IMG/VR virus record: IMGVR_UViG_3300017971_000027
Coordinates: 19,797 to 83,796 of that record
Reading direction: 5' to 3' (one strand)
Length of the DNA stretch: 64,000 bases
Origin: a virus
Made by a program: the position numbers and the translations under genes. Shown here in pieces: positions 53,702-64,000 of this stretch. Positions within the stretch are counted from its first letter, which is position 1; the number at the start of each line of letters is the position of its first letter. The notes under the pieces are model-generated. The model was given only the letters and a program-made list of their open reading frames with translations, was not told where the DNA came from and did not search any database.

Positions 53702-53777
53702 TGGTTGGACGGATGGGACTCGAACCCACATAACAACTGGTTAAAAGCCAGCTGCTTATCCATTAAGCTACCGTCCA
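53702..53777 (-). tRNA. tRNA-Lys(TTT)
   Basis: GCTGG CT TTT AA CCAGT. Confidence 0.9.
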
Positions 53778-53787
53778 ACAAATTTTC

Positions 53788-53874
53788 TGGTACGCGAGAC
53801 TGGATTCGAACCAGCACGGCACATACGTCCAGTGGGTTTTAAGTCCACCATGTCTACCATTCCATCACTCGCGC
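53788..53874 (-). tRNA. tRNA-Leu(TAA)
   Basis: GTGGA CT TAA AA CCCAC; long variable arm. Confidence 0.88.
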
Positions 53875-53978
53875 AAAACAATGGGCGTTGGCTTGTGGCC
53901 GGAATCGAACCGTCCCTTTGTCATAAAGCCATACGACACTGTGCAAAACCATACACCAATTCCACAACGCCCAAAATC

Positions 53979-54053
53979 TGGTTGGCCCACACGGACTCGA
54001 ACCGTGAACTTCTGATTATGAGTCAGGTGCTTTGCCATTTAAGCCATAGGCCA
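53979..54053 (-). tRNA. tRNA-Met/Ile2(CAT)
   Basis: CCTGA CT CAT AA TCAGA. Confidence 0.85.
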
Positions 54054-54058
54054 ATACA

Positions 54059-54144
54059 TGGAGGTAGGTATGGGATTCGAACCCATGAGCCTTTCGACTA
54101 CCGAGTTAGCAACCCGACGCATTAAACCACTCTGCCAACCTACC
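54059..54144 (-). tRNA. tRNA-Ser(GCT)
   Basis: TCGGG TT GCT AA CTCGG; variable arm. Confidence 0.88.
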
Positions 54145-54152
54145 GTTTATTT

Positions 54153-54238
54153 TGGCGGAAGAGGAGGGACTCGAACCCCCATAGCTGTCGCTTACTGGTT
54201 TTCAAGACCAGCGGAGTAGCCAATTCTCCAACTCTTCC
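54153..54238 (-). tRNA. tRNA-Ser(TGA)
   Basis: CTGGT CT TGA AA ACCAG; variable arm; G73. Confidence 0.9.
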
Positions 54239-54351
54239 TAATCTCTTGTCCACTATTATACCACAACTCGACACCATTTGTCAAGAGGAAAAAATAAACC
54301 CCCGCTAAATCAATGTCTAACGGGGGCCTTGTATCGTATTCCGTTAGACTG

Positions 54352-54777
54352 CTACTCGGTACCGTCACCATTTGGCTCTGTGGCCACAGAAATCGCCTCA
54401 GACGCCAAGTTTTCACCATCCGTGGATGTTATCTCGGATTTAGCACTACCTATCGTTACAGCCTCAATTCCGCTCACTGTGGTCAGTGTCGTCGCTGAGT
54501 TCGCAGAAGCACCGATTGAAACAGCGGACCCAAGACCCGCACCGAGAGCTGAAAGCAAGTTTCCCAAACCAGCCGATACTGGACTGCCAATAGCACCCAT
54601 AGCTTTGAAACCTTCGGAAATCGGTTCCGAGACAGTTTCCAGCGCAGCCACGATCACATGTGATTCTGGTGCTTTATGCACACGGGTAACCTGTGTCACC
54701 CTAGGCTGATTTGTTGTCGCACATCCAACCATCAGAACGCACATTAACGCTATCGATGTTAGTGTTCGGATTTTCAT
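54352..54777 (-). CDS. Putative lipoprotein (spanin candidate)
   Basis: Lipobox-like LMVGC; follows an N-terminal-TM protein encoded at 54774-55097. Confidence 0.5.
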   Translation of the reverse strand: MKIRTLTSIALMCVLMVGCATTNQPRVTQVTRVHKAPESHVIVAALETVSEPISEGFKAMGAIGSPVSAGLGNLLSALGAGLGSAVSIGASANSATTLTTVSGIEAVTIGSAKSEITSTDGENLASEAISVATEPNGDGTE

Positions 54778-55159
54778 TTTGGAACCTTTTTCTTTGCTTT
54801 CTTTTCTATGTACTTCTCAAGTTTGACTTCATCTTTGCTTGTGACATCCACATCCTCGCGGACCTTCTTGGCTACTTTGCGGATGATTTTTGTCACACGC
54901 TCTTCGTGCGGAAAGTCGATATCGTCGCCGTCAATCTCTTTCGCGACCTCGTCCAGCACGGTCGGCAGGTATTGCTTAACTTTTTTCCGCATCGTGAACG
55001 AGAGTTTCTTATTGACAAGCCAGACTATTACAATCGGTATCGCTATACCAGCTATCCACCATATCGACGGCTCGGCAATCTTTGTCAACCATTCCATAGA
55101 TATTCTCCTTTCACTACCATTATACCATAACCGACACCAATCTGTCAAGAGGTTTTGGC

Positions 55160-55393
55160 TTATTTTTTTAGAAAGATAATCGCAGCCGTGATCATGCTCG
55201 GTATCGCACCGGCAATCGCGCCGTATATAGATACCTTAAAAGTCAAGAGGGCAATCTGCTTGTCGAGCTTTGCAATAGCGATATACATCTCTTTGATATC
55301 GTTCTCTAAGGATTCAAGGGTCAGGATTACATGTTTACCCCAGACCTTCCAACTGTTCTCGCCGTTACCATTGCTGTCATCCGGTGGAACCAT
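55160..55393 (-). CDS. Small coiled-coil protein with C-terminal TM helix (holin-like)
   Basis: Hydrophobic C-terminus; located after the tail genes. Confidence 0.4.
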   Translation of the reverse strand: MVPPDDSNGNGENSWKVWGKHVILTLESLENDIKEMYIAIAKLDKQIALLTFKVSIYGAIAGAIPSMITAAIIFLKK

Positions 55394-55862
55394 TTGGCCA
55401 TCCCCCTTCTCCCGGTATCGTTACGCCTATCAACCAAGTATCTTCTAGGAACTCGGCACCGTGAGGAATGTCAGGCCAGATAACCACACATTCAAGTGCG
55501 CCAAATTTATCTTCCCTATCGCCGTAAACGAATTTCATCTTACCGCTCACGATAATGCAATACTCGGTAATTCCTTCGTGAACGTGGCTCCCGTGTACTG
55601 TACCCTTTTTTGCGAAGTAACGTGCAACAGCATAATCGTCACTAACGTATAAGGGATAGAACGTGGCCTCACCTTCAACAACATCAACATTGAAATAAGA
55701 GATACCTTCCATGTCGATCTTCTTATTACCAACTACTGGAAGCGGAGGTCCCTCGGGAAGATTCTCGGTCATATGTCGAAGCATTTCATATTTCGTCTGT
55801 ATTTTGACAATAGAATCTTCAACCTGTTTGGCCTGTTTCCTTATTTTCCTCAACGGGTTCAT
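55377..55862 (-). CDS. Cupin-domain protein
   Basis: HxHxxxxE..IVSG...PHG. Confidence 0.7.
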   Translation of the reverse strand: MNPLRKIRKQAKQVEDSIVKIQTKYEMLRHMTENLPEGPPLPVVGNKKIDMEGISYFNVDVVEGEATFYPLYVSDDYAVARYFAKKGTVHGSHVHEGITEYCIIVSGKMKFVYGDREDKFGALECVVIWPDIPHGAEFLEDTWLIGVTIPGEGGWPNGSTG

Positions 55863-56174
55863 CTTGTCTCCTGTAAATTAAAACAACCGCACTCCGATCC
55901 AGCCTTCTTTCGACGCATCATTCTTTTGCGATACATTGCAGGCAGGATTTGAACATCTCAATACCGGAAATACAATGGTACCGTAATCTTCGTCCTCAAC
56001 CGTATCGGTAGTCCTCGGGTTGATAGCTTCTGTTACGTTGTCCCACGATATATCCTCGTCGGCTGGTATGCTCTGTATTTCTGTTCTGAGTTTCGGTATT
56101 GCTGTGGCCATACAGTTATAGTTATGGAACAGCATGTTGCGAATTGCGATTCTTCGTGCCATGTTTGTTTATCC

Positions 56175-59100
56175 TTATTTAGTTGTTATAGCTCTTGAAC
56201 CAACAGTATCCATTTCGAAGTGGGTGTCGAATTCCATTAGCCATACACTTTCTCCACAGTCGTCATTGCCACCAGAACCACGCCTGAACAAACGACACAA
56301 TAACATTGAGCTTATGCTCATACCAGTACCAGTTATCGCTGAAAAGCTTGTGATTTGATGTTTGCCCTCGTCCCCGGTTGAGACACCTTCTGTTGCATAG
56401 ATGGTTGTTGTTGCACTATCCATAGCATCTCCAATGTCGCCCCACTTGTATTCAAGCCCCCACTCAACTGTTGTCCCATCGTCGTCAGTGTCGAGAATCC
56501 AGTGGACGTGCGGAGTTATGTTGGATGCTTCTTTGTATGAGTGTGGAAGTTGGATAGTGAAGTATACTTCTTGATTTTCCCCACTATCGAATTCTAGTAA
56601 CTGGAACCCGTTGTACGTTCCCCATGACGGGTTAGATGCTGTGGGAACTTTAAGAGAGTTGACCGATACTCGCAAATCGTCCCATACCGTCGCATTCCCG
56701 ACAAACTTAAGCGTACCATCATCCTCGAATTCAGAATAGTCCGCGCCGTCAGCGTCACCGATACGACACACCTCATCATCATTTATCCGTAGCACCGGCG
56801 AGCCATCATAAGACAGGTCGAGCGTGCGGCCTGAATCAGAATTGTCGTCACAGTTTATTACAAGCGAACCATCAGCATTGATAGTGGACGATGATGTGCT
56901 GAAGGCGTCAATGTCTAGATTAATATCCCCGGCGAATTGAACGTTCCCGTTTTGCGCAAAAAACTTCTGAGCGACAGTTGCCGTGTTCGGGTCATAGATT
57001 ACAACGGCGCACGAGGCATGTGTCGAGTTCGTGAACCGGAATATGTCGAGTTGGCAGAGGTGCGTCGAGGCGCTCGGATTGAACTCATAGAACGAGCGGC
57101 ACTGGTTCGCGCCGGTGCTTCCTTGCGTCTCGATTACGCTGTTCCCGGTCGTGTCGCCGTCGAGCGTTAATCCAGTACCAAGAGTCGCGTTCCCGCCAGT
57201 GACAGTAATGTCGCCGCTAACAGTAACATTCCCAACGCTTCCGGCATCAGCTATTGTCAGCATAGCGTTGTTCGCGCTGTCTTTGATGATTGCGTTTCTA
57301 CCCGCAGTCGTTACGCGCATAATCAGGTCATTGCTACTGTCAACCTGAATGTTATACTTCTGCGCACCTCCCGAATCGTCCCAACCTACCCACGTATTGT
57401 TCGGCAACAGAAAATGTGAACCACTTTCAACGCTCCCTCCAAACGTTGTGTTCTGTGACCCGTCGAACGTTATCGCCGCGCTCCCACCCCCATCTTTTAT
57501 ATTGTTGCCCGTCACCGTGAGGTCGCCAGAAATATTCAATGCTCCGGTAGCAGAATTCAATGTCATGCGATTTGCATCACCATCATCAACATCCCGCCAA
57601 TAAAAAACCCCACCACAATCGAAATACTGATGTTGTGTTAATCCCGATTCAAGCTGAACGTATGTTGATGCCATGACTTTTGTATAAGAGCCGGAACTGT
57701 TGAGTTGTATCCTAGACGCGCTATTAATCGCGCCACCATCTACCGCGAGGTCGTTTGCTACCGTTACATCTTCGCCCGTATCGCCGCCGAGATTGATCGC
57801 GCCACTTGTTGTGATCCAGAACGCGGTATCGGAATCCATGTCATCGGTTACGGCTATACAAAACCTGTCAGATTGGGAGTTGTCTATACCGATTCTATAT
57901 ACTTGACCGCCAGTTAATTGAAAATCAACAACCGCATCGCCAGAGCTTGTTTGTTCTATATTAACGTTAGCAACACCCGCGGCATCAGCTGTTGCATATG
58001 AAGCCACAAACTCACCGCCATAACTTTGGGCTGACGAACCGATAACTCCTTTACCGCTTGTACTTGTTCCTATAACACCAGCAGAACTTGTTGAAACTCC
58101 ATGTACGGCATAACCGCTATCTGACTCACCCTTAATTCCAGTACCGGACGTGAGTGCTATCCCTTCAACACCTTCAGAAGCAGCACCACTAACCTGACCA
58201 CGTATTGCCGTACCGGTTGACGCAAGTCCAACCATCGCAACATTTGTCGATGAGGTGGTTCCAAACAGGCCTATAATTGTGTCGCCACCAGATGCACTTA
58301 GCCCTATGTTGCATAAATCTTCTACGGTACCGTCTCCACGGTCGCCAAAGAAGTGCATCTCGTTATCGCCCTGAGCGATCTCCATATGCTTATCGCTTGC
58401 AGGAGTAACCAGCAGATGGACGGAACTATGGTCTTCCATTCCTGTCACACCAGTCAAGGTCGTCCCAGTCTTGCCGGTATACGCAATCGTATCGATCGCG
58501 CTTTCACCAGACGCAGGACTCGGGTCGTGAATTCTCGCGTTACCAGAACTCGAAAAGTCAGACGTATCGGCAACGTTCAGCGTCCCGCCACCAGATGAAT
58601 GCGTGGTAGTCGTATACGTTCCTTTTGTTGATAGGTTACCAGTCAGTATCGCGCCAGATTGTAACAGCTCGGTATCAATCGTACCGGCCTGCAAATACGC
58701 AGCGTGGATGATCTTCTGCTGGAACGCTTCGTATCCGTCACCGTCATTATTAAGAATCATAATCCAGTCGCCACCACTGAACGATGGTCTGGCATTTGAA
58801 ACTTGATATCCGTTCGGTGAAGAGACGTTCCAGTAGATATATTTGTTTGTGGTGCTGGAACCAGATATAGAATAGGTCACTCCTTGATAGTGTACACTAT
58901 GTGCGTTCCAAGTCACACCACCTGACGGAGTGTCCTGCGTGATCGTTAATCCATCTTTGAATGGCACGTCGAAGTCCATGAACCCCGGCGGTAGTGCGAG
59001 CGGATTCTGCGTGTCGGTGTTGGACCACGCGCCAACTTGATACGGGTCTTTCGCACGAACTTTCGCCGTGTATGTTTCACCAACATCAAATCCAGCGACA

Positions 59101-62100
59101 GTATGTTCTACCAGCTCTCCACCGGCAATATTGCCAACGTTGTAATACTGTATACCATCGCTGTCTTCAATATATATTTCATACCCTATGATATCCGGTT
59201 CGTCAACCGCAGTCCACCGGAACGCTAACCCACCGTACACATTTTGACTGTCTTCGGTCTCTTGGGCAACTTCAAAGTTTGTCGGTGCTGCGGGTGCTGG
59301 ATTCGTCAACGTGATCGAATCATAGTTATCGGATATATTTCCGGTCGTGTCTTTCGCAACGATATGATAGGTATGTGGTCCTTTACTCGTTGGCACAGGC
59401 CATGTCCACATACCTTTATTGCCAGCCACAGTGATCGCATTATCGCCATCACGCCAGTCTGTCCATGTATCGCCACTTGCAGGGGTATCTGTTCTCAACA
59501 TGAACACGTCATGCTTTGCGATTTGTTTGTTCGTAACCGCAGACGGGTTTGTCCAATCCCAACGGAGGACCAGCTCTTTACCCTCGAAGTTCGAATATGT
59601 GTCTCGTGTCGTATGAGCTGAGTCTTCGATGATGAAAGAAACGTCTGGAGACGCTTCCGGCTGGCTCGCAACCGTTACTGAATACGCAGTCGTGTCTCCC
59701 AACGGCAACTCGGCACCGTTATGGTTTACAGATACCAGCCTTACATAAACCGTATCACCGGCACTGAACTCACCTGACAGTCCATCAATTCTGACAGACC
59801 AATCTCCACCTCTCGAAGTCCATCCATGATGGTAGTACGCTGTAAGTTCTGGTATATCTGTCGAGTCGTCAATAACCGCGATATAAGCTTTTACATGGCT
59901 GAACGGGTTGTTGTTGGTATATGACGGAATCGTGAAGTGAGCCAATACATACGGACGCCATGTTCCATCTTCGTCAAGTCGACCGCCAGACAGAACCTGA
60001 ACTCCTGTTACAGCGCGAACATCCCAGTTGCTGTCGAGGTTTGAATACTGGCGAGTCGTCACGGTTACCGCAGTGTCGTCGTACACCTCGCTGTTATATT
60101 CAGTCGCAACAATGCTGACAGACAGATCGTTGTTGCGTTTCATGCTGAGTATACGGTATGTCGCTGTGATAACGTCAGTAGAGTCCGCATACGGGTCTGG
60201 CGTATTCGCTATCGCGTATACGTCGTAATCGGTTGGTACAACCGTGAACGGACCTTCGACAGCAATCTCGTCACCGATTTCATAGGTACCGGCAGCAGCC
60301 GTAATCTTGTACTCGTTGATCGTGCCATCGTTGGTTCTGATACGAATATAGTTTTCTTCGCCAGACGCTGCTGCTGCGAGAGTTATCTCTTCGTGCAGTT
60401 TGACCCAGTAATCGCCAGAGACGTTCTGCGCAGCACTGATACGACCACTATGGTCTGCGTACTGTGGCACGTCATGGGCGAAGTAGATCACGTCTCCCGG
60501 CTGGCAAGAGATAGCGTCCGACACCGCCGAGAACTCAATGATTGTCGTGTTGTTTTTGTCGTTGTTAATGAAGAACCGGCCAGCACGAAGTGCTTGAGAT
60601 TGTCTCGTACAACTCTTCAACTCGATGGTCTTCGAGCGTACCGACTCGTCTTCATCGTCGGCTATATCCGAATCTTCGACAAGTATCGTGTCACGCCGAT
60701 ACTGGTTATCCTCGTCGTAGAACTGAATCTCGTACCGGTTAATAATATCCTTGAGCGGGGCAAACCTTTGTTTGAACGAACCTTTGACAATGTTGCCCAT
60801 CGTGAACATCTGTGTCGGAGTAACAGGACGGTCCATGACCATCTTGATCTCTTGTCCAGACCAGAACGCCCAACAGTTGAACGATGAACAAAAATCGTTT
60901 ATCACATCGAGAGCTGGCATGTATTCGTCGAGAACACGGTCGAACTGGTACCGTGCTTCAAGCGCACCGGAACTGTCGTCGGCTTGGATCTGTTCAACGG
61001 CATACGTCGATTCCAGAGCCAAATTGGTCATGTTTGTATTTGTGTCGGCGGTAATCCATTGGCCGAGACCGTAACGTTTCTTGACCAGCATATCGTGCGT
61101 ACACCAGATCGGATCTCGAGTGTATCCGGTTGTCTGGTTGCCCGATGCGTCCTCCTGTAGGATATCGCTAATACCTTCTACTTGTATGCTGAAATTCGGA
61201 GTGCCACCGCTTAGTTGTTTTTGGGCCAGTAGTCGGAACCCGATAAGCGCGGTGTACGGGTAGTTCAGATCGTCGAGGGTCACCTCTTCGAAAGATACCT
61301 GAACGGTTTGTTCAATGTCTGGATCATCGTCCTCGTTATTGAAGGCCATAATGATCTGGACAACATATTTGTCTGGCGTCAGATTCTTGATCGTGTAGTC
61401 GCGTCTTTGCGGTGCAGACTGTTTGCTCAGAACTTCTGGAGCCGTGATAACCGTCGCGCCGTCAGGGTGGTTCGAGTCTATCGCATAAGGATAACCCGAT
61501 GTGGTTGTTGGTATACCCTGTGCACCTTTACCGAGCACGAGTTCGCCGGTATATGCAAAGAAATCATCGTCGTCGCCGGTTACTTGTGTTACTATTCTGG
61601 CTGTCGCGTATGTAGTACCTTCAGGGTTGCGAAACGGACCTTCTGCATCCGTTGTTATTATGGTAGCACCAGCACTTACCGCGCCGTCAAGCGTAGTTGT
61701 TCTGTCAGACAAATCTTTGCTATCGTCAGCTTCATGATACGACCATGAGTCAGACGAAACAACAGTATCTTCATCGATGCCGTCGTGAGGCCTGTACCTG
61801 ATAAATGCATGGACAGGACCACGACCCTTTTTCGGGGTTTTATATAATCCGTTCGGCGCAGAAAACTTAACAACGATCTCTTCGACAGACGAACCGGAAG
61901 TGGTCCAGCTGTAGATCGCGCTGTCACTTACGGTAGCTGGTGAGGTCGCTGGCAAGTAAACATTCTCGAAACCTTTGATAGAAGTCTGGTCGTGCGTACC
62001 AAGTCTCACCCATACACCAATACTGTCATCTTGCTCGGTCGACGTGATTAGATTTGTGATCGACTCGCCGTTTATGAGAAGCTGGTCGCCAGAGAAGTTC

Positions 62101-62732
62101 GTCGGTTTTAACGGGCTTCCATCTGGCGTGTTTACAGTTCGACCGGCTACAGATTTTACGGGACCTTCACACAGTCCAAGAAGAACGTTCAAATAGCTCT
62201 CGTCATCCTTGGTTGTCGTGTACATGTTAAGAATCTGACCGCCGACGTTCTGTTTACCATATACAACAGGAATAGGAAGGTCAGGGTGTGAAGTAGTTTG
62301 TACGCCGTCCCAGCCATAGGTCGGAGACTTTCCACCGGCCAGCTCGGCTTCTCGTGCGTTTATAGCAGCATAAACCGACAATCCAATCACGCCGTACATA
62401 ACAGCGTTTATGGCAAGCAATCCTAGTTTCACAGCCAACGATGCAGCGGCGAAGTTTGAGATGATAGTCCCAATAGAAAACGAGATAGTCAGAGGTTCGC
62501 CGACGTTAGGACTCAGTATAAGCTCGTCGCCGGAACGCATACGGGTTACCGGCCAGAGGTCTTCCTCGATAAATCCAAGTCGACTGTGCGTGATTCTAAG
62601 AGCGTTTCCTAGAAGGTATTCTGGTATGTATTCCGACAAAAACAATCGGTCGGCTTTTTCTTCAAGGTGAATACGCCCCTCATCCTTGAACGGGTCTGGA
62701 ACGTATCGTATTGAAATCATACCTTCAGCCAT
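56175..62732 (-). CDS. Tail tip/host-specificity protein (lambda gpI+gpJ-like with FN3 and fibre extension)
   Basis: PIPVVYG, LGLCEGPV, YPYTAL, PIWC..DML...RYGLG, PGDVI, FN3 repeats, long Gly/Ser/Thr-rich beta-strand tail. Confidence 0.9.
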   Translation of the reverse strand: MAEGMISIRYVPDPFKDEGRIHLEEKADRLFLSEYIPEYLLGNALRITHSRLGFIEEDLWPVTRMRSGDELILSPNVGEPLTISFSIGTIISNFAAASLAVKLGLLAINAVMYGVIGLSVYAAINAREAELAGGKSPTYGWDGVQTTSHPDLPIPVVYGKQNVGGQILNMYTTTKDDESYLNVLLGLCEGPVKSVAGRTVNTPDGSPLKPTNFSGDQLLINGESITNLITSTEQDDSIGVWVRLGTHDQTSIKGFENVYLPATSPATVSDSAIYSWTTSGSSVEEIVVKFSAPNGLYKTPKKGRGPVHAFIRYRPHDGIDEDTVVSSDSWSYHEADDSKDLSDRTTTLDGAVSAGATIITTDAEGPFRNPEGTTYATARIVTQVTGDDDDFFAYTGELVLGKGAQGIPTTTSGYPYAIDSNHPDGATVITAPEVLSKQSAPQRRDYTIKNLTPDKYVVQIIMAFNNEDDDPDIEQTVQVSFEEVTLDDLNYPYTALIGFRLLAQKQLSGGTPNFSIQVEGISDILQEDASGNQTTGYTRDPIWCTHDMLVKKRYGLGQWITADTNTNMTNLALESTYAVEQIQADDSSGALEARYQFDRVLDEYMPALDVINDFCSSFNCWAFWSGQEIKMVMDRPVTPTQMFTMGNIVKGSFKQRFAPLKDIINRYEIQFYDEDNQYRRDTILVEDSDIADDEDESVRSKTIELKSCTRQSQALRAGRFFINNDKNNTTIIEFSAVSDAISCQPGDVIYFAHDVPQYADHSGRISAAQNVSGDYWVKLHEEITLAAAASGEENYIRIRTNDGTINEYKITAAAGTYEIGDEIAVEGPFTVVPTDYDVYAIANTPDPYADSTDVITATYRILSMKRNNDLSVSIVATEYNSEVYDDTAVTVTTRQYSNLDSNWDVRAVTGVQVLSGGRLDEDGTWRPYVLAHFTIPSYTNNNPFSHVKAYIAVIDDSTDIPELTAYYHHGWTSRGGDWSVRIDGLSGEFSAGDTVYVRLVSVNHNGAELPLGDTTAYSVTVASQPEASPDVSFIIEDSAHTTRDTYSNFEGKELVLRWDWTNPSAVTNKQIAKHDVFMLRTDTPASGDTWTDWRDGDNAITVAGNKGMWTWPVPTSKGPHTYHIVAKDTTGNISDNYDSITLTNPAPAAPTNFEVAQETEDSQNVYGGLAFRWTAVDEPDIIGYEIYIEDSDGIQYYNVGNIAGGELVEHTVAGFDVGETYTAKVRAKDPYQVGAWSNTDTQNPLALPPGFMDFDVPFKDGLTITQDTPSGGVTWNAHSVHYQGVTYSISGSSTTNKYIYWNVSSPNGYQVSNARPSFSGGDWIMILNNDGDGYEAFQQKIIHAAYLQAGTIDTELLQSGAILTGNLSTKGTYTTTTHSSGGGTLNVADTSDFSSSGNARIHDPSPASGESAIDTIAYTGKTGTTLTGVTGMEDHSSVHLLVTPASDKHMEIAQGDNEMHFFGDRGDGTVEDLCNIGLSASGGDTIIGLFGTTSSTNVAMVGLASTGTAIRGQVSGAASEGVEGIALTSGTGIKGESDSGYAVHGVSTSSAGVIGTSTSGKGVIGSSAQSYGGEFVASYATADAAGVANVNIEQTSSGDAVVDFQLTGGQVYRIGIDNSQSDRFCIAVTDDMDSDTAFWITTSGAINLGGDTGEDVTVANDLAVDGGAINSASRIQLNSSGSYTKVMASTYVQLESGLTQHQYFDCGGVFYWRDVDDGDANRMTLNSATGALNISGDLTVTGNNIKDGGGSAAITFDGSQNTTFGGSVESGSHFLLPNNTWVGWDDSGGAQKYNIQVDSSNDLIMRVTTAGRNAIIKDSANNAMLTIADAGSVGNVTVSGDITVTGGNATLGTGLTLDGDTTGNSVIETQGSTGANQCRSFYEFNPSASTHLCQLDIFRFTNSTHASCAVVIYDPNTATVAQKFFAQNGNVQFAGDINLDIDAFSTSSSTINADGSLVINCDDNSDSGRTLDLSYDGSPVLRINDDEVCRIGDADGADYSEFEDDGTLKFVGNATVWDDLRVSVNSLKVPTASNPSWGTYNGFQLLEFDSGENQEVYFTIQLPHSYKEASNITPHVHWILDTDDDGTTVEWGLEYKWGDIGDAMDSATTTIYATEGVSTGDEGKHQITSFSAITGTGMSISSMLLCRLFRRGSGGNDDCGESVWLMEFDTHFEMDTVGSRAITTK

Positions 62733-63117
62733 CTGCGTTTTCCTTTATTCTGTAGAAACCTTTTATCCGACGTGCGACAACCTGATCTGACAGCCTGCCG
62801 ATAACCACGCCGGTTTTTCTTGTCGTATGTATGAACTCGTTGCGGTTGATCAACATACCGATATGGATGCCACCTTGTACCGGATACTCGAGAACAACCA
62901 CGTCACCGGCCTGTCTGTCCGCCTCATCTATTTCGAACACGCTTTTGTGAAAGTTGAGCGCGAAGACGTTGTCGGTGTTGCCCTCGTATTCGTAATCCGG
63001 TAACGGGTGACCATTATCTTTTGCAAGCTCGCGCATCAACCCATAACAGTCCAACCCTTCGTTTTTGTCTCTGCCAAGAGGAACGAACGGTATGCCAATG
63101 TATTTTGCTGGGTCCAT
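62725..63117 (-). CDS. NlpC/P60 tail assembly protein (gpK-like)
   Basis: YIGIPF..GR...GLDCYGL...HIG...FIH. Confidence 0.88.
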   Translation of the reverse strand: MDPAKYIGIPFVPLGRDKNEGLDCYGLMRELAKDNGHPLPDYEYEGNTDNVFALNFHKSVFEIDEADRQAGDVVVLEYPVQGGIHIGMLINRNEFIHTTRKTGVVIGRLSDQVVARRIKGFYRIKENADG

Positions 63118-63830
63118 TAGATTGAGTACACGCTCCTTGACGGTACGCCGGGGAATCCCCCAAACCGTGCCTTGTTGTTATGTTCTTCGCATTGCGACAA
63201 TGTCTTGTTGCACGAGTCTCCGGTCGAACCAGACGGGTCCGCAACGAACCCACTCGGAGCTGCCCAGCCACCCGACCCATCCTCTTCCCAGCACCCCTCG
63301 AGTTTGTACCCCCACTGACAATGTCGGCGAGTGTATTTCCGTCTCGGTATTTTGATCTGGAGAACGTCGGTCTTACCGGCCAGCGTGAACGTTACTGTAG
63401 ATTCTGTCGCGACTGCCGAGTCGATGAAGTATTCGTCGATGATGTATGCGTTTGGGTCCGCGCCAGCCTGCCCGTCGATATGGTCGTAGAAGACCTGACG
63501 GATGGTGACCTTCATACCACGCAACGCATCGTTCAGGAGCAGGTACGATTGAAATGTTCGGTTGACGTTTGCAACCGTAATCGTCAGCTGTTCGATACTC
63601 CCGTCGCGCCGTTCGGATATCCCACCGTGGCTGATACCGTTTCCGTTCGGGTCGGTACCGGCAGAGTAAACAACGCCGTCGAATGTGACATCTTCATGGT
63701 ACTCGGCAATACGGACGTTCGAGATAACCTTTGTCGTCTGGTCTTCGACTTCTACGTCATAGAGCCAGATCGGTTCGTTGGTCTCGGCGTTCGCTTCCTG
63801 TACGAAATCACTGTCTAAACTTCTCGGCAT
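63117..63830 (-). CDS. Minor tail protein L-like
   Basis: C.W.Y...C...CNKTL..C...FGGFPG. Confidence 0.85.
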   Translation of the reverse strand: MPRSLDSDFVQEANAETNEPIWLYDVEVEDQTTKVISNVRIAEYHEDVTFDGVVYSAGTDPNGNGISHGGISERRDGSIEQLTITVANVNRTFQSYLLLNDALRGMKVTIRQVFYDHIDGQAGADPNAYIIDEYFIDSAVATESTVTFTLAGKTDVLQIKIPRRKYTRRHCQWGYKLEGCWEEDGSGGWAAPSGFVADPSGSTGDSCNKTLSQCEEHNNKARFGGFPGVPSRSVYSI

Positions 63831-63833
63831 TAC

Positions 63834-64000
63834 TTAACTCCCTTGATCGAGGTTCCGCATCGAGAACGATACACGCCATGTACCGCCTGAATAGGTTTCC
63901 TGCCACGAGCCAGCGACGAACCTTACGCTATATGTTAGTCCGTCAGAATCATCCGCAAAATCGAACGCTGTCAATCCACCATTGTGAGCGTTCCAGAACG
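63834..64000 (-). CDS. Minor tail protein M-like (5' end outside the window)
   Basis: Manual translation FWNAHNGGLTAFDF...TYSVRF...NLDQGS*; position upstream of gpL. Confidence 0.6.
   Translation of the reverse strand, partial: FWNAHNGGLTAFDFADDSDGLTYSVRFVAGSWQETYSGGTWRVSFSMRNLDQGS

Noticed and set aside
56175-62732. Diversity-generating retroelement or invertible tail-fibre system
   Set aside because: No reverse transcriptase, invertase or template/variable repeat pair seen in this window

Overview
A 64-kb segment of a tailed dsDNA phage with lambda-like siphovirus tail-tip genes; no integrase is visible. Left to right: (1) an SPP1-type portal (truncated), large and putative small terminase, and a sigma-r4 HTH gene; (2) a TatA homologue, missed by the ORF track, directly upstream of a twin-arginine-signal protein; (3) many small Cys-rich early genes; (4) a ~1.9-kb island packed with GATC/CCGG words that carries its own 3-gene operon and is bounded by five 20-bp palindromes on one side and a (TG)23/inverted-repeat block on the other; (5) early genes, many with their own sigma70 promoter, a candidate origin, a ~800-nt structured non-coding region, and ArdC-like and histone-like genes; (6) a DNA-metabolism block (adenine MTase, NrdJ, DinG-like helicase, ERCC4, Sak4-like ATPase, Cas4-like nuclease); (7) a Ro60/TROVE gene preceded by five Y-RNA-like units with covarying stems and variable inserts, one of them a complete circularly permuted tRNA; (8) 26 tRNAs covering all 20 amino acids, interleaved with atypical small RNAs, a headless CCA-enzyme/HD protein, HNH, PncA, dCMP deaminase and a pilin-like gene; (9) candidate lysis genes and tail-tip genes J, K, L, M. 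The strongest candidate for an undescribed system is the Ro60 plus Y-like RNA array in a tRNA-protection/repair neighbourhood. All calls come from reading motifs by eye; no database searches were run.
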